A stretch of DNA of 64,000 nucleotides, taken from the NCBI GenBank assembly GCA_963729045.1, contig CAVSMN010000021.1, positions 96,001 through 160,000 on the forward strand, read 5' to 3'. The DNA is from an uncultured Nitrososphaeraceae archaeon (GTDB lineage: Archaea > Thermoproteota > Nitrososphaeria > Nitrososphaerales > Nitrososphaeraceae). The position numbers and the translations under genes are program-made. Below the pieces are notes generated by a model. That model worked only from the letters and a program-made list of their open reading frames with translations, made no database searches and was not told the origin of the DNA. Every line of letters starts with the position of its first letter. Position 1 is the first letter of the stretch. Shown here in pieces: positions 10,808 through 21,896 of the stretch.

Positions 10808-11338
10808 TCAGTAATTTTTAGGTAGGGAAATGGCGTAGTCACCATCAATTTCTTGTTTAATTATTAATCCTTGCTGTTCAAGTAAGTCAATCATTTGAAC
10901 TAAAGGTATTACACCTAATCTGTGACGATACCGTTTTTTAAGACTACTTATAGTTACAAGATCTGGATTGAGTGTCAAATCAGATAGCAAGTTTAGAAAT
11001 GATTGCGAATACTTCTCCAAATCATTTCTTGATAAAATCCCAAAGGTTTCTGGGGATACCAAATAGTGCTCTGAAACTCTATATATCCCTTCATAGATGA
11101 TGTTTAATTCGTCTTTTTCATCCCAACCAACCAATTTCTCTTGAACAAGAATAGGTAGGATATTATCCTTAAACGCTATCTCTGTTATAGGAAAATTAGT
11201 AACATCGCCTTCAATTCCCATCCAAACTCTCTCAAATTTGACTTTTTTTCGGACATCGCCATTGACAGTTTCAGCTAATCTTTTTAGGAAATTAAAAACA
11301 TGGAATTGTTCGGCATAATCTAGTTCTGAAACCTTCAT
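10808..11338 (-). CDS. Hypothetical protein, possible C-terminal winged helix
   Basis: 176-aa ORF with protein-like composition; IDLLEQQGLIIKQEIDGDYAISL is wing-like. Confidence 0.6.
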   Translation of the reverse strand: MKVSELDYAEQFHVFNFLKRLAETVNGDVRKKVKFERVWMGIEGDVTNFPITEIAFKDNILPILVQEKLVGWDEKDELNIIYEGIYRVSEHYLVSPETFGILSRNDLEKYSQSFLNLLSDLTLNPDLVTISSLKKRYRHRLGVIPLVQMIDLLEQQGLIIKQEIDGDYAISLPKNY

Positions 11339-11616
11339 TAAAGAGTTTTTGAATTTTATTGCATTTAAAGATAAGTTAACTGCTACTGATGACTGTCCTA
11401 AAACACTGCTAACTAGATTATAGCTTTGAAGCGATTATGATTTGGTCAAGAAAACTATGACGTAGGTATGAGGGAGGTGATATTTTTTATACACCCATAT
11501 TCATGGTATCTATGTCTTTCAGAAATCAATCCTCGGTTTTTTTTACTAATAGTTCAGATGATTACTGGTTAATAGAAAAATCAGGTACCTGTAGACAATC
11601 TCTCCACATGGGTTTT

Positions 11617-11892
11617 TCATTCAAAGTCAAATAAATCATCTACTTGTCCATTTTCAACAAATTCCTTCTTATAATAATAATAGTCTGTGTTACCATTTTT
11701 GTTCAAATCTTGATTATTGGAATTCAATGGTATGTTTGATTCAAGCACCTTTGATTCTTTGGTAGCATTCTTTATTAAATACTTTATTACAGAGGCGTCA
11801 AGCCATATGCCTTTGCATCTTGGACACTCCTCTGCATATAAAAAAGACCTGAATGTTGATTTGATTTCAGAAATACACATTGGACAAATCAG
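11617..11892 (-). CDS. zf-TFIIB-like zinc-ribbon protein
   Basis: Extending upstream of the track start gives (L)ICPMC...EECPRCKGIWLD; the first Cys pair needs a start at or before the CTG at 11892; ends DDLFDFE. Confidence 0.7.
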   Translation of the reverse strand: MICPMCISEIKSTFRSFLYAEECPRCKGIWLDASVIKYLIKNATKESKVLESNIPLNSNNQDLNKNGNTDYYYYKKEFVENGQVDDLFDFE

Positions 11893-11999
11893 GGTATTAT
11901 CACCTTGGACTACTTGTATACTGAAATGAGTTCACTCTTTTTTTTGCCATGCTTAATACATTCTGACTAATTAGTCAATTATTTTATTATGAAAAATGT

Positions 12000-12765
12000 T
12001 TAGAACATTCGGGCCTTTGCGACAACCACAATTAGGCATATACCAATCACAGGTATGATAGCTGCCATCAATGACAAATTAGCTACACTCAATCCTCCAA
12101 CTATTGCTGATAAAATATAAATAATAATTACTCCGATTGAGAGCAAGAGTCCCGATTTCCTTTCGTCATTGTCCGTTAAAGTCTTTGCAGTCTGTTGACG
12201 GGTTAAACTAATTATGAGGTTAGTCCAAGTGCCTGTGATATATGTGGTCGAAATGTGAGGTACCGCTAACGCACGAACTGCTGAACTCTGTATGCCCATA
12301 GCTATTGTCGCTAACATGATGAAAAGGTATAAGACAAACCCACCAATACTTTTACCCACCATAAACCCTCCAAGTGTGAATAGGGCTAGGACTATCACCT
12401 CTACCAATAAAGCCCTGGTAACTGTTGCCGGCCAAATTTTCTTTTGAAAATCTAGATTAGGTTCCGCAAGTCTGTTACCTAGGACTATTCCACCTATGAA
12501 ACCCGTTATTGCAACAAGAGGCACTATGATATTAAGAATATTTCCAGTACTGAATCGCAAGTCCAAGAAGAACAGTATTACCTGTTAAAACAGATGCAAA
12601 AACATCGAGTCCTATAAAGCTTATAGCATCCATGAACCCCGACATAGATGCAAGAGCAACTAATAGTATGTTTCGCAAATACAAAATCTGGGATGTGGCA
12701 TCATTGACATCTGCTGGCAACTTAGATGAATCCTTTGCAGGTGTCTTATCTGAAGGGTTATTCAT
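12000..12765 (-). CDS. YoaK/DUF1275 family membrane protein, split by one frameshift near 12555
   Basis: SGFMDAISFIGLDVFASVLTGNTVLLG in the upstream ORF; AMGIQS and TTYITGT in the downstream ORF. Confidence 0.85.
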
Positions 12766-13692
12766 GATTGTCTTCTATCATTTTATGTACTGAGAAATAA
12801 AAGAATTAAAAACGCTAGACTGTTCCATTTCATAAAATAGATACCAAAGGATAATTTTGGCTTATCTTTTATATCAGTTAATATTCAAAACATAAATCTC
12901 TCACTAAACCTGCGGGACTGTCCTCAGGATTTCTATCGAGTATTCTATATACCTGTTACTATCTTTCCATTTGTAGGATAAATTCTTACAAATAATTATT
13001 TTAGTTCATTCTAATTATTTAAACAAGAATGATCACAAGTTAGATAGTAGGTTATGCTGGTATCAAGGATTTTCAAAAGTAATGAGAAGATTCACTTTAC
13101 TCATGAACTAGGTTCATGTTTTGACCAGTTAGACCTATTGATATAGGTCATATATTCTTTCAATCGTATTTATTTGATTACATCTAGTCAGTCAGTCTAA
13201 TCTTCCAATGCAAAGAATCTGATTAGAAATCAAATTGGATTAGAAATTTTTGGAGCGGTTCAACACTGGAATCAAATATGTATCCGTCTGACTTCATGTT
13301 ATTATTAGATAAATTTATGTTATTTTTATAAATCTTATAACAAATAATTATTTTATTCGTATTGTCATAATTTAGTGATATGTTTATTTACTTTTTTGAA
13401 TAAATATGAATAACCTAGAGAATAGTAATAAGGCTACATTCATGTCATAAAGAATGTTATAGTAAGGACTATGGCAACGAAAGGTACGTCGCAAACTACT
13501 TTCTATCGTTGAAGCAATAGATTCCTTGCTAAAACTTCTGGAAAACATGAGGTTAGATCAAACAGAATGATGACGTGGTCACAAGTTTACTGATGTCTTT
13601 TTACTATTTTCTAGGAATGCATGTAGAATCACAATATATCGGAATTTTTGTACTTTATATTTGTAATATCAAATGTAAAGTAAATATAGAAA

Positions 13693-14721
13693 ATGAATAA
13701 CGATACAAGTGAAAAAGACCAGCACTATCCACTAGCTCCTGATTTGACAATACATAGGATAATCAACGGCATGTGGCAAGTCGCAGGAGGTCATGGATAT
13801 ATCGATCATGAATTGGCAATCGAGGAGATGATGAAATATCACGAAGCTGGATTCACAAGTTGGGATCTTGCCGATATTTATGGCCCAGCGGAGGATTTTA
13901 TTGGACAGTTCCGAAGTAGATTATCTAGTATAAAAGGAGAAGAAGAACTCGATAGAATCCAAGCATTAACAAAATGGGTACCGCATCCAGGAAGAATCGA
14001 ATATTCTATCGTCAAAGAAAATATTCAAAAATCACTTTCCAGAATGGGTGTAGACTCTCTTGACTTACTTCAGTTCCACTGGTGGGATTATAATAATCCA
14101 TATTACATGGATGCTCTCAGATATTTGTCAGACCTCAGAGATGAAGGCATAATCAAGCATGTAGGCCTTACAAATTTTGATACCGACCGTATGCAACTCA
14201 TGATAGATTCTGGTTTGCAGATTGTATCAAACCAAATTCAATATTCTATCATAGATCGAAGACCCGAGGTAAAAATGGTACCTTTTTGCATGGAGCATAA
14301 TATCAAACTTCTTGCCTATGGAAGCCTGTGTGGAGGGCTATTGTCAGAACGATATCTAGGGCAAATGCAAGAACCGTCTGCTACTGATCTAGATACATTA
14401 AGCCTGAGAAAATATAAGAAGATGATAGATATTTGGGGGGGATGGGGTTTATTCCAGGAACTTTTATCCGCATTGAACGAGGTAGCACAAAAGCACAATG
14501 TGAGTATTGCTAATGTAGCAACTCGATATATCCTGCAGAAACCTGCAGTCGCAGGCGCCATAATTGGTGTTAGACTTGGAATATCCGATCATAGAAATAG
14601 TAATGCCCAGGCATTTAACTTCAGTTTAGACAAGTCAGACTATGATACAATAGATGTTGTATGCACAAAGTCAAATAACTTATTTGACATGGTGGGAGAC
14701 TGTGGTGATGAGTATCGATAA
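13693..14721 (+). CDS. Aldo/keto reductase
   Basis: DLADIYG, TKW, LDLLQFHWW, VGLTNF and SNQIQYS motifs. Confidence 0.93.
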   Translation: MNNDTSEKDQHYPLAPDLTIHRIINGMWQVAGGHGYIDHELAIEEMMKYHEAGFTSWDLADIYGPAEDFIGQFRSRLSSIKGEEELDRIQALTKWVPHPGRIEYSIVKENIQKSLSRMGVDSLDLLQFHWWDYNNPYYMDALRYLSDLRDEGIIKHVGLTNFDTDRMQLMIDSGLQIVSNQIQYSIIDRRPEVKMVPFCMEHNIKLLAYGSLCGGLLSERYLGQMQEPSATDLDTLSLRKYKKMIDIWGGWGLFQELLSALNEVAQKHNVSIANVATRYILQKPAVAGAIIGVRLGISDHRNSNAQAFNFSLDKSDYDTIDVVCTKSNNLFDMVGDCGDEYR

Positions 14722-15586
14722 TCATCTTAAGGTAATCTATTCTTCTTAAACATCTTGGAACCTTGTACCTCTTTGAAATTAGGATACTGGTAACACTCAT
14801 TCAATGTTAATATCAGAATACTAATAATGATGCAGGTGTGGGGAAGAGGTTTTTTATTGATTTTCCACCCTTCTTATCTAAAATAGTTATTAGCATGAAT
14901 CTTGAAAACTTACACTAACTAAACCCGATTGCAATATTATGAGTCAACATACAATAGATAGTAATTTCCGGAAATAACGAATTAGATGAAATTATGATAA
15001 CAAAAAAAGTACTAGTCCTAATAGTTGTAGACATAATATCTAATACATGTTGTGGAATCGAGGGTTACGATGTGAAATTCGGTACTGCACTTAACTAGAA
15101 TCATATCTTTTGGATTTATTATTATCTATTATTTGTGTAACCCATCTAAATATCATCCAGATTTCCTCAGACTATACGTGCTATGAGGTACTCAATATTT
15201 TAACCATATGCATATAGTAACGGCCTAAATGTATGGTATCAACTAAAGTACTCTTAAATCATGAATCGATCTATAAAATCATGTCTGCGTTCATATTAAC
15301 AAAAAAAAATTGAAGCATATTTTTTATCATACACTTTTTCCCAAACGACTATACTCAAAACAAATCATATCTATTTTGAATTTGTTGGTTGTCAATAGGA
15401 TACTGATTCATCAGAGTAAATATTATCATCACCTGATGTTTATCTTAAAAGATTACTGCCGTATCATATAATTTTGACATTTCAATATGACAGGGGTTGT
15501 TGATATTTGGCCGATGAGTTAATAGTATTGAATCGAAGATTATATATCAGTAAAAGATCATATATTTATTTTAAGGCGAATAGAAT

Positions 15587-15793
15587 ACGACAAGAGTAAA
15601 ATTTTATAATAACCAACAATTATCCGATATTGAAAAAGATATTAATGAATTTCTGAAGAAAGAAGAGGTTAAACAGTTAATTGATATTAAATTTACCGCC
15701 CTTAGCAAAAACGGTATTGATGAATATACTGCAGTAATTGTTTATCAAGAGAATATGAACCCTGGTAAAGAGGATCCTCAAATGTACGAATAG
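15587..15793 (+). CDS. Cse60/DUF2758-like small protein with an ACG in the start position
   Basis: (T)TRVKFYNNQQLSDIEKDINEFLKKEEVKQLIDIKFTALSKNGIDEYTAVIVYQENMNPGKEDPQMYE*; fits the VKxF...E..INEFL...IDIK...Y.A.I.Y pattern. Confidence 0.65.
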   Translation, partial: TTRVKFYNNQQLSDIEKDINEFLKKEEVKQLIDIKFTALSKNGIDEYTAVIVYQENMNPGKEDPQMYE

Positions 15794-16041
15794 TATTGTT
15801 ATTATCTTATACACTATCAATTTAATTGGCATTTATTACCACATGATTTTCCCAATGTTAAAACAAAATTGGTTTCAAAGTATCGATTAATTACTAAACA
15901 AAAAACACCCTCTGTAAGATTATTTTTTTTCAAATAATCTTTAGGGCTTGGAAACAAGATATCAGACGATTCTACTTTCTTATGGAGTTTCAAAAACAAT
16001 CGGACAAATCCATAATTAATGCATAATATTCACAGAAATGT

Positions 16042-16428
16042 TTACTCTTCGTACATGTGATAAACCTTGGCGATGATGTACCAGGTCCCATCAAGTTTTA
16101 TGAGCGTGTGAAAATCCGTATAATTGGCCCCAAGCGCGTCATTCTCCATGTCGACGCGCAGTACTGCCGTTGTCGGCGTAATAGCTAACACATCTATTCG
16201 TGTCTTGATGTTGGGCGCAGGGCCATTCTTCTCAACAAAGTCGTAGAGGTTCTTGATGGGCCCATGGAGTAACTTGCCATCGGGATATCCGTACATTGTG
16301 GCATCCTTATGAAAGGCCTGGGAAAGGACAGTGACGTTGCCCATGCGTAATCCTTCTACATATAAAGCTACAGTAACAACAGCATCTTCATAGTCCTGAG
16401 TAGGCACATTTTTTATATTCTTTGACAT
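16042..16428 (-). CDS. NTF2/SnoaL-like (lumazine-binding-2 type) protein
   Basis: YVEG...AFHKDATMYG...YTDFHTLIKLDGTWYIIAKVYH; visibly more GC-rich than its flanks. Confidence 0.85.
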   Translation of the reverse strand: MSKNIKNVPTQDYEDAVVTVALYVEGLRMGNVTVLSQAFHKDATMYGYPDGKLLHGPIKNLYDFVEKNGPAPNIKTRIDVLAITPTTAVLRVDMENDALGANYTDFHTLIKLDGTWYIIAKVYHMYEE

Positions 16429-16639
16429 GGGATTTCTTTTTCAGTGGAAATGAAGTATTTCATGTAAATAAACTTACCATATATGATAAAAATTAAGAGA
16501 TTGAGAAAATCTTAGGTTAATTGATTAGGTCACGCTTGGTAGCTCGATGAGAATTACCAAATGGAGGAAGTCTTAGAATTTGTTAAATATTATTAAATAG
16601 GAAGATCTACTATATTATTCATATTCCTAAATCAAAAAA

Positions 16640-16998
16640 ATGACGATAGCAAAACGTCGGGCAAAGACAATGTCCAATCCAATAGGAAAGGGAAATATGC
16701 AACTTCCACTGAAAATCGGAGGTTAGTGTGGGAATACATCGTATGGCCACTAATTCTAAAGATTAACAGAAATTATTTTACTTCAAGTGAATACCATATA
16801 ATCAGAGACAAAGTTTCGATAGAAAAAAATATTCCTACTTCAAAGGTGTCCGGGGGACTGGTATCACTATTGCTCAAAGGAATTCTCACTCAAGACAAGA
16901 AATATTATTCAATTCATTACAAATTAATTCCCTATATGAGAATAAGATCACAGCTAAATTATGGAACTGTTTTAAGAGAAATTTGTTCTAAAAAATGA
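16640..16998 (+). CDS. Paralog of 3968-4327 with a 1-nt deletion near 16695
   Basis: ATGACGATAGCAAAACGT... aligns with the first copy; GGGAAATATGCA vs GGGAAAATATGCA; 359 nt vs 360 nt. Confidence 0.75.
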
Positions 16999-17380
16999 CT
17001 AAATGGGGATATACTAATGATTCTCCTATCTTTGCAAATGATTTTTACTCCTTCTCCTTTCTGCTTGTTCACTAGTCAATTATTGTCATGACCATGTTGT
17101 AATCTATTCGTATTAAGAAAAGGCTAGGGCTTGACCCTAATATATTAAAAATATATTGCAAAGTTGGTTTATCCATCCTCAGATAACAAAAATAAACTAT
17201 GAGTAAAATTATACTGTGTCACATCCAATCTCTTCCAAGTCTCATTAATACGATACCCGATGAAAAGGATATAGTGAAACTAAAATTCGTTTATGCGGAT
17301 ATATAGTTCACTTAGTGACTTTTTTTGACAATAATCTATAGGAAAAATCTTTTTATAGATTTATGGTGATAATGACATGA

Positions 17381-17608
17381 TTGAATATGGTCATGGTGGG
17401 TAGTTATATTCAAAAATATATACCTAGAAGGACTGACTTAGCTTTATCAAACAATAAAGACAAAAATAGACAACAATTACCTTCGTGCTATATACCTAAT
17501 TGTCATTCCTATCCCTTATCGCGGTGCACCATATGTTCAAGTTATTGCTGCTATGCACATGTTTATGGTCATGATCATTCAATAGAGAATTTTGAAATAC
17601 TGAAATAA
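17381..17608 (+). CDS. Small Cys/His zinc-finger protein (AN1-like spacing)
   Basis: C-x4-C-x7-C-x2-C-x3-CC-x2-H-x3-H-x-H; the real start is probably downstream of the track start. Confidence 0.6.
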   Translation: MNMVMVGSYIQKYIPRRTDLALSNNKDKNRQQLPSCYIPNCHSYPLSRCTICSSYCCYAHVYGHDHSIENFEILK

Positions 17609-18407
17609 TTTCACTTCAATATTGTTTTAAAAATATATTACTTATCGATGGATAAAAATAGAGAAAGAATATCAAAAGATCTATAATAAACAATCAAGGT
17701 ATTAGAGTTCGTCTGGCTTGCAACTGGGGCAACTTTAGAATCTAACACGATATGCAAGATTGCATCTATTCTTCTAGTTCTTGGAATCATGGTTCAATGT
17801 CTTGATTGTAAATGCTACCTGTAGTTTTATCTTGGGAATGTTTTCTATTTTATGAGTCAGCGGGATTTTAAACCCGAGATCCTCTTTCATAGTAGATATT
17901 GGATTTTGTGCTTCTCTACCACCATATCATCTCTGCTTTTGGAATTTATAGTAATGATAGAAAGTAACTGAATTCTAAATATGATGATTAATACCATAGG
18001 CAATATTGGATTTTCCTTTTTGACACTGTATGATAGAAGAATACTATTGGTTTCAATTGTCACAATAGTGCTCTTCTAGATATGACCTTGAATGAAGTGA
18101 CTAACCTATATACTCATAAAAAAATGCTAAAATAAATGGAAAGACTTGAAAAACTATCATCGAATTATTGATGAAAGAAAAGGTTCTAGACGCTATAGTT
18201 TGGTTGGGTGTGGATGGATTTGGTAGCAGATGAAAATCGGCAGTGCTTTTGGAAGGATTAGTGATAAATCAAACCATGATGATCGAACCAATAGATGAAC
18301 AAAAAAAGATTAGACTTTTGTTACTAACATTCAAAACGTTGATAGGCTACAATGATCTCATCACTATTGATAGAGTGCAAGTTGTCTGACCATCTTTTTC
18401 CAGTGTT

Positions 18408-18421
18408 TTTACATTTGTAAA
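18408..18421. promoter_or_regulatory. Candidate CopR operator 1
   Basis: TTTACATTTGTAAA, ending about 44 nt upstream of the YHS gene ATG. Confidence 0.75.
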
Positions 18422-18464
18422 GGTCTGTGGTTAAATATCTTGGTATGCCATGAGATAAGTGTAT

Positions 18465-18609
18465 ATGGCCAAAAGACCCCGTTTGTAATATGAAGGTGGA
18501 TGAAAAGACTGCAGAGCACATATCAGAAATTAACTAAAACAAGATATACCTCTGTTCTTCTGCATGCAAACAACAATTCAATCAATACCCATCAAAATAT
18601 GGATATTGA
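18465..18609 (+). pseudogene. YHS/TRASH copper metallochaperone, disrupted
   Basis: MAK/DPVCNMKVDEKTAEHISEIN*NKIYLCSSACKQQFNQYPSKYGY*; extra A near 18471-18474 and in-frame TAA at 18535-18537. Confidence 0.8.
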
Positions 18610-18634
18610 GACAAATCGCGAATAAATAAAAAAA

Positions 18635-19150
18635 TCACTCTGCAATTTCGGATTTATCCTCATATTTTCTTTTAATTGATTCTATTCTGCCTTGATATTT
18701 TTCAGTATATCCTGATTTGCATGATATACAACAGAAGAATCGCTCAATATCTGCAAATTTCAATATTTTAGGTTTACCATAGACAGGTCCATCACAAAAA
18801 TCACAAATAACGTTTATTGCTAGGCCACTTGCAATTCTTTTCTGAATTTCATCTATTTCATTTTTTAGAATCTTATTCTGAGGATTTTTATCGGTGTTCT
18901 CTTTTCTTTTGTTATTTTCATCAAGGTACTGCAATTGAATGAAATTCTTTTCTTTTGATTCTATCTTCTCAAAGTCAAAAACCGGTAGGATCCCCTTGAT
19001 AAATCCTACGTTAACCAACCTTTCATAACGTGCCTTTACTGTTGGAGTTGTTATTCCTGTTTCCCTTGATATTTGTCTAAATGACTTTCTGCCATTCTCT
19101 AGTAGTGATCTTAGAATGGATACATCGATTTCATCGAGGCTGAGTGGCAT
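18635..19150 (-). CDS. copR: Lrp/AsnC-type HTH + TRASH copper-responsive regulator (CopR/CopT type)
   Basis: LDEIDVSILRSLLENGRKSFRQISRETG HTH; C-terminal CDFC...FFCCISC; sits in the cop locus. Confidence 0.85.
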   Translation of the reverse strand: MPLSLDEIDVSILRSLLENGRKSFRQISRETGITTPTVKARYERLVNVGFIKGILPVFDFEKIESKEKNFIQLQYLDENNKRKENTDKNPQNKILKNEIDEIQKRIASGLAINVICDFCDGPVYGKPKILKFADIERFFCCISCKSGYTEKYQGRIESIKRKYEDKSEIAE

Positions 19151-19187
19151 TTAACGATGTCAATTTACCCATCTTCTCATATTATTC

Positions 19188-19201
19188 TTTACATTTGTAA
19201 A
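19188..19201. promoter_or_regulatory. Candidate CopR operator 2
   Basis: TTTACATTTGTAAA about 38 nt upstream of the regulator start codon. Confidence 0.75.
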
Positions 19202-19263
19202 GAGTAGCGGTATGTCTCTATGCTTGCCTGATAAGTTTAGCCAAAAAAGGAAATTAAATCTAG

Positions 19264-19494
19264 TCAATATTGTGCAGCTCTAATGAATTTGTATCCCGAT
19301 TCTTCTAATCTTGCTTTAATGTCGTGTTTAGTTATTGTTAAGGGATCAAACTCAACAATCACTGTATTTGTTATATTGTTTATATCTATTTTCTTGATTC
19401 CCTTTTTATCTTTTAATTGTTTTTCAATGATAGGTTTACATGTAGTACAATACATTCCGACAACTTTAAAGTAGGCTTTTTCAGAGGGTGTCAA
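19264..19494 (-). CDS. copZ: HMA-domain copper chaperone
   Basis: VVGMYCTTC (GMxCxxC), 76 aa, ends LEESGY. Confidence 0.88.
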   Translation of the reverse strand: MTPSEKAYFKVVGMYCTTCKPIIEKQLKDKKGIKKIDINNITNTVIVEFDPLTITKHDIKARLEESGYKFIRAAQY

Positions 19495-19602
19495 TAATTC
19501 TATTTTTGTGATTTATTTAATTAATTGAGCTGCTAAAAAGGTAAGTATTCTAAAGTGTCAGAGAATCAGCGATTCAAGAAGATTTTACCGACATAAACTA
19601 AT

Positions 19603-19616
19603 TTTACATTTGTAAA
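19603..19616. promoter_or_regulatory. Candidate CopR operator 3
   Basis: TTTACATTTGTAAA about 11 nt upstream of TTATATAT and about 39 nt upstream of the copA ATG. Confidence 0.78.
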
Positions 19617-19654
19617 GCCTTGTTGTTATATATCTATTTATTATTATTTATTGT

Positions 19655-21896
19655 ATGGCAAAGGACCCAATATGCGGAATGTTCGTTGAAGAAAATGAAA
19701 ATTCCATTCATTATACTAAAGAAGGAATATCCTATTATTTTTGTTCGTCTCAATGTTTAAACGAATTCCGTGAACCCGAAAAGGCTCTAAAAAAATTAAA
19801 AATACATGTTATAATCAGCATAGCACTGACAATACCAATCGTGTTGCTTAGCTTGCCACATATGATTCCACAACTGGGACATCTTTATCCAATCGAAATG
19901 ATGGGATATATCAATTATGTACTTTTAGCTTTGGCTACTCCAATACAATTTTGGATTGGATGGCGTTTTTACCAAGGATTCTGGGATGGTATCAAAGCAA
20001 AAGCATCAAATATGGATACATTGATTGCTATTGGAACAACAGCTGCATATGTATACAGCGCCATAGTTACCATCATTCCTGGATACTTTCCATTTACGGC
20101 GGTATATTTCGAAACAGCTGCAATCATAATTACTCTTATCTTGATAGGAAGACTTCTTGAAACTAAGACAAAAGAAAAAGCATCAAGTGCAGTGAGAAAG
20201 TTATTAGATCTAAAACCCACGACTGCACATGTATTAAGACCTGAAATAAGAGAAAAAAATTATGCAAGCAAAGATACTAATAATAAAAGTAATAATGCTT
20301 TGGATGGTTCTAGACTGAAGCTAGTTTCAAAAGAGTTGAGAGAACTTGAAATTCCAGTGGAAGAAATCATACAAGGCGACTTAATGATCATACGCCCCGG
20401 TGAAAGAGTTCCTACTGATGGAATGATAATAGATGGTTCATCTTCGATAGACGAGTCTGCGATAACAGGCGAAAGTGTACCTGTTGACAAAGTAAAAGGC
20501 GACGAAGTAATTGGGGCAACTATTAACAAGAACGGCCTCTTAAAAGTAAAAGCAACTAAGATTGGTCAGGATACAGTATTATCACAAATAATAACCCTTG
20601 TAGAAGAGGCCAAAACAGGCAAAGCCAAAGTAGAAAGAATGGTAGACCAGGTAGCAAAGTATTTTGTTCCAGCCATTGTAATAATAGCAATTGGAGTGTT
20701 CCTCGGTTGGTATTTTATAGGTAATGCAGGATTAACTTATTCCATATTGGCATTTGTCTCTGTCATGATAATAGCATGTCCTTGTGCTTTAGGATTGGCT
20801 ACACCAGCCGCATTAATGATGGGTGCGGCAAAAGGCGCTGAAAATGGTATCTTGTATAAAGGCGGCGAGTATATAGAAATGGCAAGTAAAGTCAATTTGG
20901 TAGTATTTGATAAGACTGGAACATTAACAGAAGGAAAACCGTCTGTTACTGACATCATTACACTTGACGAAATAGATGATAACGATCTTTTAAGACTAGC
21001 AGCTATAGGAGAATCAGGTTCAGAGCATCCATTGGCTAAGGCTATAATCACAAAAGCAAACGAAAAAGGGATTTCTACAGTTTCGCCTGATTCATTTGAA
21101 GCGGTAGTAGGTTATGGCCTTAGAGCCAGATACTCTAACTATGATATAACGATAGGAAATAGAAAAATAATGTTAGACAATAATATTTCAATTTCTGGAA
21201 ACATCGAAACAAAACTTTCGGAATTAGAAAAGGATGGTAAAACTGTCAGTATTAGTCTCAATAGACAATCATTTATCGGGATTAATTGCAATATCTGATA
21301 CCATAAAGGAAGATGCCAAAGAAGCGATATTTGACTTAAAAAACCTGGGAATTAAATCAATAATGCTTACTGGAGATAATGAAAGAACAGCAAATGCCGT
21401 CGCTTCCCGAATTGGGATTGAAAGAGTAATAGCCCAAGTTTTACCAAGTCAAAAAGAAGAGATTGTAGGCAATATTCAGAGAAAAGAAAACAAAGTTGTA
21501 GCAATGGTAGGTGACGGAATTAATGATGCTCCAGCATTAGCCAGAGCAGATTTGGGAATTGCAATAGGATCTGGAACAGATGTTGCCAAAGAAACTGGTG
21601 GCGTAATTTTAATAAACAACAATATTAGAGACGTTGTAACCGCTTTAGAATTAGGAATGAAAACTGTCTCAAAAATAAAACAGAATTTGTTCTGGGCTTT
21701 TGCTTATAATACGGGATTGATACCAATAGCAGCAGGTGCATTGGTTCCTATTTTGGGACTATCTGTATTTGGGTGGCTTCCAATTCTTGCTGGGGTTGCA
21801 ATGGCCATGAGCTCTGTCACTGTTGTTACTAATTCTCTATTTTTGGGAAGATATAAACCAAGAACAAAAAATAGATTGAAAACAAAATTCGTTTAG
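19655..21896 (+). CDS. copA: Cu+-exporting P1B-type ATPase with N-terminal YHS/TRASH domain, split by a +1 frameshift near 21240-21246
   Basis: DPICGM...YFCS, TGES, CPC, DKTGT, SEHP, TGDN, GDGINDAPA, YN and MAMSS motifs across two overlapping ORFs. Confidence 0.95.
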
